A DNA stretch of 59,457 bases from positions 1 to 59,457 of the IMG/VR virus record IMGVR_UViG_3300040808_001421; one strand, written 5' to 3'. The notes under the pieces are model-generated. The model did not search any database. It had not been told where the DNA came from and was given only the letters and a program-made list of their open reading frames with translations. A program made the position numbers and the translations under genes. Shown piece by piece: positions 38,282 to 47,429 of the stretch (positions are counted from its first letter, which is position 1; every line of letters starts with the position of its first letter). The DNA comes from a virus (taxonomy: Duplodnaviria > Caudoviricetes).

Positions 38282-38736
38282 TGAAATTTATAGAGTTTAG
38301 TGAAAACACTTGGTCAGACGTAAAAGGTAGTTTAGATTCAACATTTGGACACAACAGCAAACAAAAGACTAAAACAACAGGTCAGACATCAAGTGTTCTT
38401 GCAAGATTAAAAAAATGGATTAAGAATGCTACTACTGGAACTAATGAAAACGATCAAATGCTTATAAGACAATTAAAGCAAACAAATCAAGGATTTCAAC
38501 AAGGCACTATTCCGCCGGACCAAGCAATGGAAAAGTTTTTAGGTATTCTAGAAAAAATAGGTCCGGTTCAGCAAATGAATAAGTTGATTATAATGATGTT
38601 ACCTATGCTAAAAGGTATGCAAGGTATGTCTGCTAAACCAACCGAAGAACGTGATTTACAAAACACTATAGACGCTCTTGAAAGATTTTTACAAAAAAAT
38701 CAACAACCAGTTCAAAAACCCGGCGTAAAAGTTTAA
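38281..38736 (+). CDS. hypothetical protein with MKFIEFSE leader
   Basis: GAGGA SD; leader resembles T4 MKTYQEFIAE. Confidence 0.65.
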   Translation: MKFIEFSENTWSDVKGSLDSTFGHNSKQKTKTTGQTSSVLARLKKWIKNATTGTNENDQMLIRQLKQTNQGFQQGTIPPDQAMEKFLGILEKIGPVQQMNKLIIMMLPMLKGMQGMSAKPTEERDLQNTIDALERFLQKNQQPVQKPGVKV

Positions 38737-38737
38737 C

Positions 38738-38896
38738 ATGAAAATTCGTGAAGTAACAGATTACTTTTACGGATTAGATCCAGCACACATGTCGTATACA
38801 CACAAAATAGGTAATATATACGGTAAAAAGAACTTGAAAGTTCCACACGCTAAACTATACAAATCTAAAAAAGTAACAGCCAAAAAAACTAAATAG
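38738..38896 (+). CDS. 52-aa basic peptide with MKIREV leader (not in ORF track)
   Basis: MKIREVTDYFYGLDPAHMSYTHKIGNIYGKKNLKVPHAKLYKSKKVTAKKTK. Confidence 0.55.
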   Translation: MKIREVTDYFYGLDPAHMSYTHKIGNIYGKKNLKVPHAKLYKSKKVTAKKTK

Positions 38897-38919
38897 TAGT
38901 AGTTAACAACAGGACTACT

Positions 38920-39570
38920 ATGGCATTTCTAGTACACAACCTACCACCCGTTGAAGTATTTGTTAAAAAAGAATACTTATATGATCATCAAAAAGGTCAC
39001 GGAGAACTTACTCCGGGCATGTGGATTAGTATTAGAAGTATACAAAGCAAAGCACTTTACTTTGAAACACTACTAGTCGAATACGGTGCTCTTTACGACA
39101 AACTTCCAATATCAGCGTTTGTATGGAAAGAAAATTACGACAAAGACAACCAACTTCCCTTAGACACACTGCAAATATGGGACTGTTTTGATTATGATAT
39201 TACACTAATTAAAAAGCCTATGCTATGTGATTGCGAGTTCTTTGGAAAAGATCGCAAAATGCACAAAGGTGAATATATGTTTACACTTGACACTTGTCAT
39301 GCACAGCATTCGACACTTGATATAAATTTTGCAGAACATGATCCAGAACACAAAACATTTAATATTATTAAACTAGATAATGGTCAATTTGCCGCACAAC
39401 CAAACAACAGAGTAGTATTCACAGACCAAAGCCTAATTCCAACCGAAAGAAAGACGCCAGATTTCAAAGTATGCACTCAAAACTATACTGTAGAAAACAA
39501 TCCAAAATGGAGCGTTGGACATACAGATGAATGGGCATATAAAGACAAAGGTGAAGGGTTAAAAGATTAA
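38920..39570 (+). CDS. hypothetical phage protein
   Basis: MAFLVHNLPP...LQIWDCF...EHK...GQFAAQPNNR; TAAATA and AGGA upstream. Confidence 0.75.
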   Translation: MAFLVHNLPPVEVFVKKEYLYDHQKGHGELTPGMWISIRSIQSKALYFETLLVEYGALYDKLPISAFVWKENYDKDNQLPLDTLQIWDCFDYDITLIKKPMLCDCEFFGKDRKMHKGEYMFTLDTCHAQHSTLDINFAEHDPEHKTFNIIKLDNGQFAAQPNNRVVFTDQSLIPTERKTPDFKVCTQNYTVENNPKWSVGHTDEWAYKDKGEGLKD

Positions 39571-39589
39571 CCATTACTGTCAATAAAGG

Positions 39590-39618
39590 TTGACACACAG
39601 AATAAATCAATATATAAT
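39590..39618 (+). promoter_or_regulatory. consensus sigma70 promoter
   Basis: TTGACA-17-TATAAT. Confidence 0.85.
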
Positions 39619-39644
39619 ATACAAAATAAACAAAGGAGTAACCT

Positions 39645-39905
39645 ATGAGTTCAAAAGTATTTGGTCCTGAAGAAAAGGCTAAACTAATGCAGGTAATTAA
39701 CGACGGTGTACAAGTTAAGTCAGAAGTTGAAAGTTTAAATGAAGGCTTACGAGATACTGTAAAAGCAGTAGCAGAAGAAATTGATGTAAAGCCGGGTTTA
39801 ATTAACAAAGCAATTTCAATCGCACACAAAGCAAACTGGGGTGAAGTATCTAGTGACTTCGACGATCTAGAATCTATTATTACAATTACTGGTCGAGACA
39901 AGTAA
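39645..39905 (+). CDS. dsDNA-binding protein (T4 DsbA / GapR-like)
   Basis: Helical KLMQVIND...LRDTVKAVAEEIDVKPGLINKAISIAHK pattern; AAGGAG SD. Confidence 0.6.
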   Translation: MSSKVFGPEEKAKLMQVINDGVQVKSEVESLNEGLRDTVKAVAEEIDVKPGLINKAISIAHKANWGEVSSDFDDLESIITITGRDK

Positions 39906-40187
39906 TTGAAAAAAATAATTGAGTTTTGGAAACAGGCTAAAGAACAAGATCCTTTATGCTTTTGGCTAGAAATGCTAGGCACCCTTGTAACTATTGGTGC
40001 AAGTATGACACTGGCCATAAATGCAGATAATCCAGATATGCGTATTGTGTATCCAGGTTTTATGTTAGGATCGGCACTTGCAATTTTTACATACACTAGA
40101 CGTAAACTTGCATGGCCATTAGTAATGGTTTACTATTTCTTTACAGTAAACATTTTTGGGTTTTGTGTAGCAATGGGATGGTTATAA
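39906..40187 (+). CDS. three-TM membrane protein
   Basis: Hydrophobic segments; TTG start. Confidence 0.6.
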   Translation: MKKIIEFWKQAKEQDPLCFWLEMLGTLVTIGASMTLAINADNPDMRIVYPGFMLGSALAIFTYTRRKLAWPLVMVYYFFTVNIFGFCVAMGWL

Positions 40188-40411
40188 TGACCGATTACGA
40201 TCTTACTAAACCAGTACAACAAAAAATTAAACAACGCATGGATCAACTACAGGAATGGATGGAAGGTAATCATCACCTTCATCACCCAGATGATGTACTT
40301 GATCTAATTGAAAGTGTATCCAAATTTTGGAGTGCATTGCAAGAAGAAGATCGTGATTATATCCACGGTGCTAAACATGCCCTTGAAGAAAAGATGGAAT
40401 GGAAAATATGA
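40187..40411 (+). CDS. hypothetical protein
   Basis: TAATG coupling gives start MTDYDL. Confidence 0.6.
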   Translation: MTDYDLTKPVQQKIKQRMDQLQEWMEGNHHLHHPDDVLDLIESVSKFWSALQEEDRDYIHGAKHALEEKMEWKI

Positions 40412-40725
40412 TCTACTATGTAGATATTGACGGAACTATATGTGATCAAGAATTGGGTAAACATTATAGTTTATCAAAACCTTACAAAGAAAGAATAGAA
40501 CATTTCAACGAACTGTTTGATCAAGGACACGAAATACACTATTGGACTGCTAGAGGTCAACAAAGTAAAATTGATTATACAGAACTTACAAAACAGCAAC
40601 TAAAAGATTGGGGTGTAAAATATACAAGTTTAAAACTAGGAAAACCCCATTATGATCTTTGGATAGATGATAAAAGCAGAAATGCAAATATGTATTTTGA
40701 GCAAATAGAACTTGACAAAGAGTGA
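40399..40725 (+). CDS. small HAD-superfamily phosphatase
   Basis: YVDIDGTI, YWTARG, GKP..DLWIDDK. Confidence 0.85.
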   Translation: MENMIYYVDIDGTICDQELGKHYSLSKPYKERIEHFNELFDQGHEIHYWTARGQQSKIDYTELTKQQLKDWGVKYTSLKLGKPHYDLWIDDKSRNANMYFEQIELDKE

Positions 40726-40740
40726 AAATAATGTTATATT
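40712..40740 (+). promoter_or_regulatory. sigma70 promoter with extended -10
   Basis: TTGACA-17-TATATT with TG one base upstream of the -10. Confidence 0.7.
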
Positions 40741-40761
40741 GTTATACAACTAAGGAGTTTT

Positions 40762-41031
40762 ATGGCAATAGACATTAGAAGAAATTATAATCCTAAAGAA
40801 GATGGACCTTCTAAAGAAGAACAGCAAGAAAAACTAGACGAATTAATGAAAACGTTTCTTGCTAAAGGTGGCAAGATTGAAAAAGTGGCGCCGGGTGCGG
40901 CACAAGGTGCTGGTGGATTAGATAGAGTACCTCATTGGACTGATGCAGAAATTAAAGCGAAATGGTATAAAGAACACGGCATTAAACCTAAACAGGCAAA
41001 AAAAGGCAGAAAAAAACGGAACTCAGAGTAG
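40762..41031 (+). CDS. small protein with SutA-like RNAP-binding motif
   Basis: LDELMKTFLAKGGKIEKV; AAGGAG SD. Confidence 0.55.
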   Translation: MAIDIRRNYNPKEDGPSKEEQQEKLDELMKTFLAKGGKIEKVAPGAAQGAGGLDRVPHWTDAEIKAKWYKEHGIKPKQAKKGRKKRNSE

Positions 41032-41059
41032 TAGGCATAAGTACTACGATGAAGGTACA

Positions 41060-41106
41060 GTCGGCCATAAACGACACAATTTGGTATTGTCAGCCGAAAG
41101 TGACAA
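41060..41106 (+). promoter_or_regulatory. two tandem hairpins with 8-nt GCCnnAAR loops before the polymerase SD (candidate translational operator)
   Basis: GTCG-GCCATAAA-CGAC and TTGTCA-GCCGAAAG-TGACAA, then AGGAG and ATG 41119. Confidence 0.55.
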
Positions 41107-41118
41107 ACAGGAGAAAAA

Positions 41119-43791
41119 ATGAGTTATGTAGATGCCCTCTGGGATCGCGACAAAGATATTATTAAAGTAGTCGAGCGAACTAAAGCCGGCGAACGTGAAT
41201 ACAGAGAATTCCCCGCAAGATATGTTTTTTATTATGGCGATGCACGTGGTAAACAAAAAAGTACCATGGGCGATCCTGTAAGCCGTGTTGTATGTAAGAG
41301 TTGGAAAGAATATCTTAAAGAACAAAAAATTAACAAGCACAAAGGATTGTTTGAAGCAGACATCAATCCGGTATACAGATTACTTGAAGAAAATTATTTA
41401 GGTCAAGACGCACCCGACTTGCACAAAGCGTTTTTCGATATCGAAGTTGACTTTGACCCAGAACGTGGGTACAGTTCACCTGAAGATCCTTTTACTGCTA
41501 TTACTGCTATCACAGTACACCTACAATGGCTTGACAGTCTTATTACACTTGCTATGCCACCAAAGGGTATGAGCATGGACGATGCCAAGTATGCTGTAAA
41601 AGACTTTCCTAACACATATTTGTTTGATAGTGAAGCAGAAATGCTTGATACGTTCCTTACACTAATTGAAGATGCAGATATACTAAGTGGTTGGAACAGT
41701 GAAGGTTATGATATTCCATACACTGTTAATAGAATTACACGAGTGCTATCTAAAGAAGATACAAGACGCTTTTGTTTATGGGGTCAATATCCTAAGAAAA
41801 GAACATATGAAAAGTTCGGAAGAGAACAGGAAACCTATGACCTAATAGGCAGACAGCATTTAGATAGTTTGGAATTGTATCGTAAATACACGTATGAAGA
41901 AAGACACACTTACAGGCTTGATGCCATTGGTGAAATGGAAGTCGGTGAAAAGAAGACTGTGTACGAAGGTACGCTCGATCAACTTTATAACAATGACTTC
42001 CGAACGTTTATCGAATACAACCGACAAGACGTTGCACTACTGGACAAGTTGGACCAAAAACTAAAGTTTATTGATCTAGCCAATGAACTTGCACATGCAA
42101 ATACAGTTTTGCTACCCACCACAATGGGTGCTGTTGCAGTTACAGAACAAGCAATCATTAATGAAGCACATAGACGTGGCTTTGTAGTTCCTAACAGAGT
42201 ACACAGAGAGCCTGGCTCAGAACCGGCGGCAGGTGCGTATGTTGCATATCCTAAAAAAGGATTGCATGACTGGATTGGGTCAATGGACTTGAATTCACTG
42301 TATCCTTCCGTTATTAGAAGTTTGAACATGGATCCAGCAACTGTTGTAGGACAACTAAAACCAGAATACACAGAAGAATATGTACGTGATGAAATGACCT
42401 TGCGTAAGAAGTCATTTGCGGCGGCTTGGGAAGGGCGTTTCGGCAGTTTAGAATATGATTTTGTTATGGAACAACGCAAAGACAAGCAGATTACAGTTCT
42501 ATGGGAAAACGGCGAAAGTGATGTAATGAGTGCCGCGGAAGTTTATAGACTAATCTTCGAAAGCAATCAACCTTGGATGTTAAGTGCTAACGGAACTATA
42601 TTAACTACAGAATTTGATGGTGTTATTCCAGGACTGTTAAAGCGTTGGTATGCTGAACGTAAAGAATTACAAGCCAAAATGCGTAAAGCAATTGATGCAG
42701 GAAATAAAACAGAAATTGCATTCTGGGACAAGCGACAGTTGGTTAAAAAGATTAACTTAAACAGTTTATATGGTGCTATTCTTAATCCAGGTTGTAGATT
42801 CTTTGATCCACGGATTGGACAATCAACTACGCTAACAGGTCGTGCTATTGTTAAGCATATGAGTGCTAAAGTAAATGAAATTGTTACAGGTGATTATGAT
42901 CACATAGGTAAAGCAATTATATATGGAGATACAGACTCTTGTTACTTTAGTGCATATACAAGTTTGCGTCCTGAGATCGAAAAAGGTGATATCCCATGGG
43001 ACAAAGACAGCATTATTGCATTGTATGATCAAATCTGTGAAGAAGCAAACAAATCATTTCCTAACTTTATGAACGATGCATTTCATTGTCCTAAGTCAAG
43101 AAGTGAAGGTGTTATTGCCGCAGGTAGAGAAGTTGTAGGTGAAAAAGGATTATTCATTACCAAGAAACGTTATGCAATTTTAATTTTTGATAACGAAGGC
43201 GAACGTAAAGACGTTGATGGCAAACCAGGCAAAGTAAAAGCAATGGGCCTCGATCTCAAACGTTCAGATACTCCTGTGTTTATGCAAGACTTCTTAAGCG
43301 AAGTTTTGTTAGCAGTGCTAACAGGTGCTAAAGAAGAACAAGTGCTTGATATGATTACTGAGTTTAGAACTGAATTTAAAGCACGACCAGGCTGGGAAAA
43401 AGGCTCGCCTAAACGTGCAAACAACATTACAGATTATCTTGCTAAACTTAAAAAGCAAGGTAAAGTTAATATGCCAGGACATGTAAGGGCAAGTATTAAC
43501 TGGAATAATCTGAAAGAAATGAACAGTGACAACTATTCTATGAACATTGTTGATGGAATGAAAGTTATTGTTTGTAAACTAAAAAACAATCCAATGGGAT
43601 ATACTTCGGTTGCATATCCTACAGACGAACTAAGAATACCAAGTTGGTTCCAAGAACTTCCGTTTGCGGACGATGAAATGGAATCAGTTATCATCGATAA
43701 CAAAATTGGCAACTTATTAGGCGTTTTGGATTGGGATATTAAATCAACCGAACAGAAGAATACATTCAATAATTTATTTGACTTTGAATGA
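41119..43791 (+). CDS. family B DNA polymerase (gp43-like)
   Basis: FDIEV, GWNSEGYD, YNRQD exonuclease motifs; DLNSLYPS, KINLNSLYG, YGDTDS, KKRY. Confidence 0.97.
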   Translation: MSYVDALWDRDKDIIKVVERTKAGEREYREFPARYVFYYGDARGKQKSTMGDPVSRVVCKSWKEYLKEQKINKHKGLFEADINPVYRLLEENYLGQDAPDLHKAFFDIEVDFDPERGYSSPEDPFTAITAITVHLQWLDSLITLAMPPKGMSMDDAKYAVKDFPNTYLFDSEAEMLDTFLTLIEDADILSGWNSEGYDIPYTVNRITRVLSKEDTRRFCLWGQYPKKRTYEKFGREQETYDLIGRQHLDSLELYRKYTYEERHTYRLDAIGEMEVGEKKTVYEGTLDQLYNNDFRTFIEYNRQDVALLDKLDQKLKFIDLANELAHANTVLLPTTMGAVAVTEQAIINEAHRRGFVVPNRVHREPGSEPAAGAYVAYPKKGLHDWIGSMDLNSLYPSVIRSLNMDPATVVGQLKPEYTEEYVRDEMTLRKKSFAAAWEGRFGSLEYDFVMEQRKDKQITVLWENGESDVMSAAEVYRLIFESNQPWMLSANGTILTTEFDGVIPGLLKRWYAERKELQAKMRKAIDAGNKTEIAFWDKRQLVKKINLNSLYGAILNPGCRFFDPRIGQSTTLTGRAIVKHMSAKVNEIVTGDYDHIGKAIIYGDTDSCYFSAYTSLRPEIEKGDIPWDKDSIIALYDQICEEANKSFPNFMNDAFHCPKSRSEGVIAAGREVVGEKGLFITKKRYAILIFDNEGERKDVDGKPGKVKAMGLDLKRSDTPVFMQDFLSEVLLAVLTGAKEEQVLDMITEFRTEFKARPGWEKGSPKRANNITDYLAKLKKQGKVNMPGHVRASINWNNLKEMNSDNYSMNIVDGMKVIVCKLKNNPMGYTSVAYPTDELRIPSWFQELPFADDEMESVIIDNKIGNLLGVLDWDIKSTEQKNTFNNLFDFE

Positions 43792-43806
43792 TTTTCTAAA
43801 TATAAT
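43778..43806 (+). promoter_or_regulatory. sigma70 promoter for the clamp/dpdA operon
   Basis: TTGACT-17-TATAAT. Confidence 0.75.
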
Positions 43807-43830
43807 ATGTAAAAGGAACGGAGAAAACAA

Positions 43831-44562
43831 ATGAAAGACATTTTACAAGATATTGTAGCACATACACACGCACTTGGCTTTTTGAATATTGTCAAGGTCA
43901 ACGGTGATGATGCACAAACAGGAATCGACAGCATGGCTGAAGATCGTTCTGTTATTCTACAGGCAAATACTAAAAATGCTCAAGTAGAAATGAAAGGCAC
44001 ATTTGGTATGCCTAACCTAAATAAACTAGACATTCACTTGAAGTGTCCAGAATATAAAGACGGAGCATCAATTGATGTTGTAACTGCTGATCGTAACGGT
44101 CAAACTATTCCAGTAGGTATTCACTTTGAAAATGCCGCCGGCGATTTTAAAAACGATTATCGTTTTATGAACGCAGACATCATTAACGAAAAACTTAAGA
44201 CTGTTAAATTTAAAGGTGCTAACTGGGACGTTGAAGTACAACCTACTGTTGCTAATGTACAACGTTTTAAATTACAAGCAACTGCAAATGCAGAAGAAAC
44301 TGTGTTTACTGTTATTACAGATGGTACAGATATTAAATTTAAGTTTGGTGATGCAAGTACACACGCAGGTGAGTTTGTTTTTGCAACAGGCGTAACAGGT
44401 AGCCTTAAAAATGAATGGGCATGGCCAGTAGCACAAACAATGGCTATTTTAAATCTTGATGGTGATAAGACTATGCGTATTTCAGATCAAGGTGCAATGC
44501 AAATTCAAGTTGACAGCGGACTAGCAACATATGAATATATTTTGCCTGCACAAAGCAAGTAG
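43831..44562 (+). CDS. probable sliding clamp (gp45-like)
   Basis: 243 aa, alternating beta/alpha pattern, C-terminal YEYILPA, directly after PolB; clamp loader present in the window. Confidence 0.65.
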   Translation: MKDILQDIVAHTHALGFLNIVKVNGDDAQTGIDSMAEDRSVILQANTKNAQVEMKGTFGMPNLNKLDIHLKCPEYKDGASIDVVTADRNGQTIPVGIHFENAAGDFKNDYRFMNADIINEKLKTVKFKGANWDVEVQPTVANVQRFKLQATANAEETVFTVITDGTDIKFKFGDASTHAGEFVFATGVTGSLKNEWAWPVAQTMAILNLDGDKTMRISDQGAMQIQVDSGLATYEYILPAQSK

Positions 44563-44572
44563 GAGATAAATT

Positions 44573-46030
44573 TTGAGAACTGACTTAACAGCAGAGCAAA
44601 AGGACTACGCAATATTTCTTCCGGCGTTGAGTGGCTTTTATGCTACATTTATTGGTAAGCAACGTAAAGAAGAATATGTTGAAAAGAGCCGTATTCCTTT
44701 TCCTAACAATGATATGGAAGGACTTAATTGGCTTAATCGTCAAAAGGGTATATTTCAATATCACTGGACACTATATTCGGCAGGACATGCAGAACTTGAT
44801 ATAAACAAAGATGCTCCTAAAGAACTTATGATCCGAGAACGTGATCGTGAGAACAGTTGGCTGTTAGGTGACTCAGGCGGCTTCCAGATTGGTAAAGGCG
44901 TTTGGGAAGGTGATTGGAAAGATCCTAATTGTCCTAAAGCACAAAAGAAACGTGAGCAAGTTCTTACGTGGATGGACGCTTATATGGACTACGGTATGAT
45001 CCTTGATATCCCGGCATGGGTTGCACGTTCGCCTGCTGGTGCTAAAGCAACAGGTATTAGTACATACATTGATGCTGTTAATGCAACTAAAATCAATAAC
45101 GACTACTTTATGAAGCACAGAACAGGTGCTTGTAAGTTCTTAAACGTTCTACAAGGTGAAAATCACGCTGACGCAGAAGATTGGTATCAGCGTATGAAAC
45201 ACTATTGCGATCCTAAGCAATTCCCAGACACACACTTTAACGGTTGGTCAATGGGTGGACAGAATATGTGTGATGTACATCTTGTTCTTAAAAGATTAGT
45301 AGCACTACGTTTTGACGGCTTACTTGAAAAAGGTGTGCATGACTTTATGCACTTCCTAGGTACAAGCAAACTAGAGTGGGCAACGCTCTTAACAGATATT
45401 CAAAGAGCAGTTCGTAAGTATCACAATCCTAATTTTACAATTACATTTGACTGTGCTTCTCCGTTCCTAGCAACAGCAAATGGTCAAATTTATTGTGAAC
45501 TTGAAACAAAAGACAGAACTAAATGGGTATACAGAATGGTACCTAGCATTGACGACAAAGCATTGGCAACTGATACAACATCATTTGGACAAGCATTTGT
45601 ACGTGAAGGCAAACACGGAAGTTTCTTAGATAGTCCTATTACACAAAGTTTACAGGCAAAAGATGTTTGCATCTATGCGCCAGGAGACCTAAATAAAATA
45701 GGCAAAGAAGGAAAAACATCATGGGATAGTTTTTCTTATGCGATCCAAATGGGTCATAATGTATGGAGTCACATTAATGCAGTACAAGAAGCGAACAGGC
45801 AATACGACAACGGAACAGTTCCGAACATGCTTGTGGAAGAGTCCTTTAACAGGGTATTTTTTAGAGATGTTGTGGAGGCAATATTTGCAACGTCAAACAG
45901 AGACGAAGCCGAAGCAATCATAGAAGAATTTTCAAGATTCTGGATGTCAATTATTGGCACTAGAGGAGCAACGGGTAAGAAAACTGTAAACGCAAGTACA
46001 CAATTTGCAAATCTATTTGAGGAGGCATAA
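44573..46030 (+). CDS. dpdA: DpdA-like DNA guanine transglycosylase (TGT superfamily)
   Basis: LGDSGGFQ, MILDIP, LNVLQG, HFLG and TFDCASP correspond to TGT motifs; linked to folE and queE; TTG start with AGGAG SD. Confidence 0.8.
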   Translation: MRTDLTAEQKDYAIFLPALSGFYATFIGKQRKEEYVEKSRIPFPNNDMEGLNWLNRQKGIFQYHWTLYSAGHAELDINKDAPKELMIRERDRENSWLLGDSGGFQIGKGVWEGDWKDPNCPKAQKKREQVLTWMDAYMDYGMILDIPAWVARSPAGAKATGISTYIDAVNATKINNDYFMKHRTGACKFLNVLQGENHADAEDWYQRMKHYCDPKQFPDTHFNGWSMGGQNMCDVHLVLKRLVALRFDGLLEKGVHDFMHFLGTSKLEWATLLTDIQRAVRKYHNPNFTITFDCASPFLATANGQIYCELETKDRTKWVYRMVPSIDDKALATDTTSFGQAFVREGKHGSFLDSPITQSLQAKDVCIYAPGDLNKIGKEGKTSWDSFSYAIQMGHNVWSHINAVQEANRQYDNGTVPNMLVEESFNRVFFRDVVEAIFATSNRDEAEAIIEEFSRFWMSIIGTRGATGKKTVNASTQFANLFEEA

Positions 46031-46224
46031 TGGCTAAAATAAAAAACAAAGCAGTAAAAAAGTTAACCAAAGAGCATGAATACTATTCTAAAAAGGTTGA
46101 CGAAATAGAAAAAGAGCGTACAATGTATAGAGACTTCGGCCATAAGGCTCTTTTAATTAAACTAAAGAAAACTAAACTTTATATTAAAGATCAACTTGAT
46201 AGGCTATTAAAAAATGAAGCGTGA
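46030..46224 (+). CDS. small coiled-coil protein (DUF465-like)
   Basis: LIKLKKTKLYIKDQL; GAGGAGG SD. Confidence 0.55.
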   Translation: MAKIKNKAVKKLTKEHEYYSKKVDEIEKERTMYRDFGHKALLIKLKKTKLYIKDQLDRLLKNEA

Positions 46225-46717
46225 TTATGCAGACGGTGTAAAAGATGATGTAATGTACTTTACAGGCTTTGAAGTAGAAAAAACACCAGCATATGATATG
46301 GACACACTATTTGTTGTAGGCTGTCGTCCACTAGAAGAAGTTCTTGAAAAGGCAAAAAAGAATCACGTTGATCATATCTATCTTGGTGCTAATCATAGTT
46401 TTGTTCCAAAAGAAGATTGGGAAGATCTAATACACGGTTTGCTTGATAAGAATTATTGGGTAACCCTAGACTATGATGTTAAGTATCACGAATGGGTACT
46501 AGAAATGGGTTTTAACGAAAAACACAAGTTTATTAGTATGTTATCAGTAAAACTTCCTTATGTAAATCAATTAAACTATAATGCTTGTATCAAAATCGAC
46601 GATGCTGATTTTGATCATTCTAATCCCGGAGTTTGGATTCAACCTGTACACGGCTTACTAGAACGTGATAAGTTTACAGATTGGAGCAAATATGGCAATG
46701 ACGAACCTAAAGATTAA
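46214..46717 (+). CDS. hypothetical alpha/beta protein in the deazaguanine operon
   Basis: GFEVEKTP...TLFVVG...HIYLGANHSF...NPGVW. Confidence 0.7.
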   Translation: MKRDYADGVKDDVMYFTGFEVEKTPAYDMDTLFVVGCRPLEEVLEKAKKNHVDHIYLGANHSFVPKEDWEDLIHGLLDKNYWVTLDYDVKYHEWVLEMGFNEKHKFISMLSVKLPYVNQLNYNACIKIDDADFDHSNPGVWIQPVHGLLERDKFTDWSKYGNDEPKD

Positions 46718-46718
46718 C

Positions 46719-46747
46719 TTGACAACAGCACTGAAAGGCACTATAAT
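46719..46747 (+). promoter_or_regulatory. consensus sigma70 promoter
   Basis: TTGACA-17-TATAAT directly before the T-fold gene, so its true start may be a downstream Met. Confidence 0.75.
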
Positions 46748-47191
46748 ATGAGTATAACTGATAACATGATGAAGGAAGCAATGGCAGAAGACAATCACAG
46801 ACGTATCATGAATACAGCAAAGAGAATGATTTGGGTGACTTTCCGTAAGGAAGGTATTCACAAGTATCCTGCGGCACTAGAAGATCCTAGTCTTGCAACA
46901 GGTGATGAATATGATGTTTCGTTTTTGGGATATCCCCACAGACACATATTCCATTTCAAGGTTGGTATTACTGTTACACACAACGACAGAGATATCGAAT
47001 TTATTCAATTCAAAAGATGGTTAGAAAAACTGTACGAGGAGAAGACACTTGAACTAGACTACAAGAGTTGTGAAATGATCTGCGATGATCTATATAATCA
47101 GATTATTGCTAAACACCCGGGCAGAGAAGTACACATCGACGTTAGCGAAGATGGAGAAAACGGTGCCCATATCGAGTACGCAAAATATTAA
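46748..47191 (+). CDS. dpdL: QueD-paralog T-fold protein, DpdL-like (putative CDG decarboxylase)
   Basis: LGYPHRHIF fits LxxxHRHxF in place of the QueD CxxxHGH; SCE, VSED. Confidence 0.65.
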   Translation: MSITDNMMKEAMAEDNHRRIMNTAKRMIWVTFRKEGIHKYPAALEDPSLATGDEYDVSFLGYPHRHIFHFKVGITVTHNDRDIEFIQFKRWLEKLYEEKTLELDYKSCEMICDDLYNQIIAKHPGREVHIDVSEDGENGAHIEYAKY

Positions 47192-47196
47192 AGGAG

Positions 47197-47427
47197 ATGA
47201 CAGTGTCATATTTTGCAGACCACCCAGAGATCGTAAAGATCTTTAACGACCTTGAATCATACAAGGATTGGTGCGTGAACAGTTGGGTTCACGGTGACTC
47301 TAAGAGTTATGTGTTTGATGAGAAGGACTTGTACAACAATGCAAGTTATCCTTGGCAAATGTATAACAGGCATAAGAACCGACTTAAGAAAAAGTTGGCT
47401 CGTAAGCGTAATAGGCAAAGGAATTAG
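47197..47427 (+). CDS. hypothetical protein
   Basis: Operonic; basic C-terminus. Confidence 0.6.
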   Translation: MTVSYFADHPEIVKIFNDLESYKDWCVNSWVHGDSKSYVFDEKDLYNNASYPWQMYNRHKNRLKKKLARKRNRQRN

Positions 47428-47429
47428 GA

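Noticed and set aside
39464-40096. 210-aa minus-strand ORF
   Set aside because: Spans three well-supported plus-strand genes and a promoter; no recognisable motif
41119-43791. Intein or intron in the DNA polymerase
   Set aside because: Continuous 890-aa frame with all motifs; no splice-junction or homing-endonuclease signatures
44573-46030. Calling this a tRNA-guanine transglycosylase (tgt)
   Set aside because: No CxCxxC zinc motif of bacterial TGT; position after polymerase and clamp favours a DNA-acting DpdA, though activity is not proven
46748-47191. Calling the T-fold gene canonical queD
   Set aside because: Lacks the catalytic Cys of CxxxHGH and has LxxxHRHxF instead
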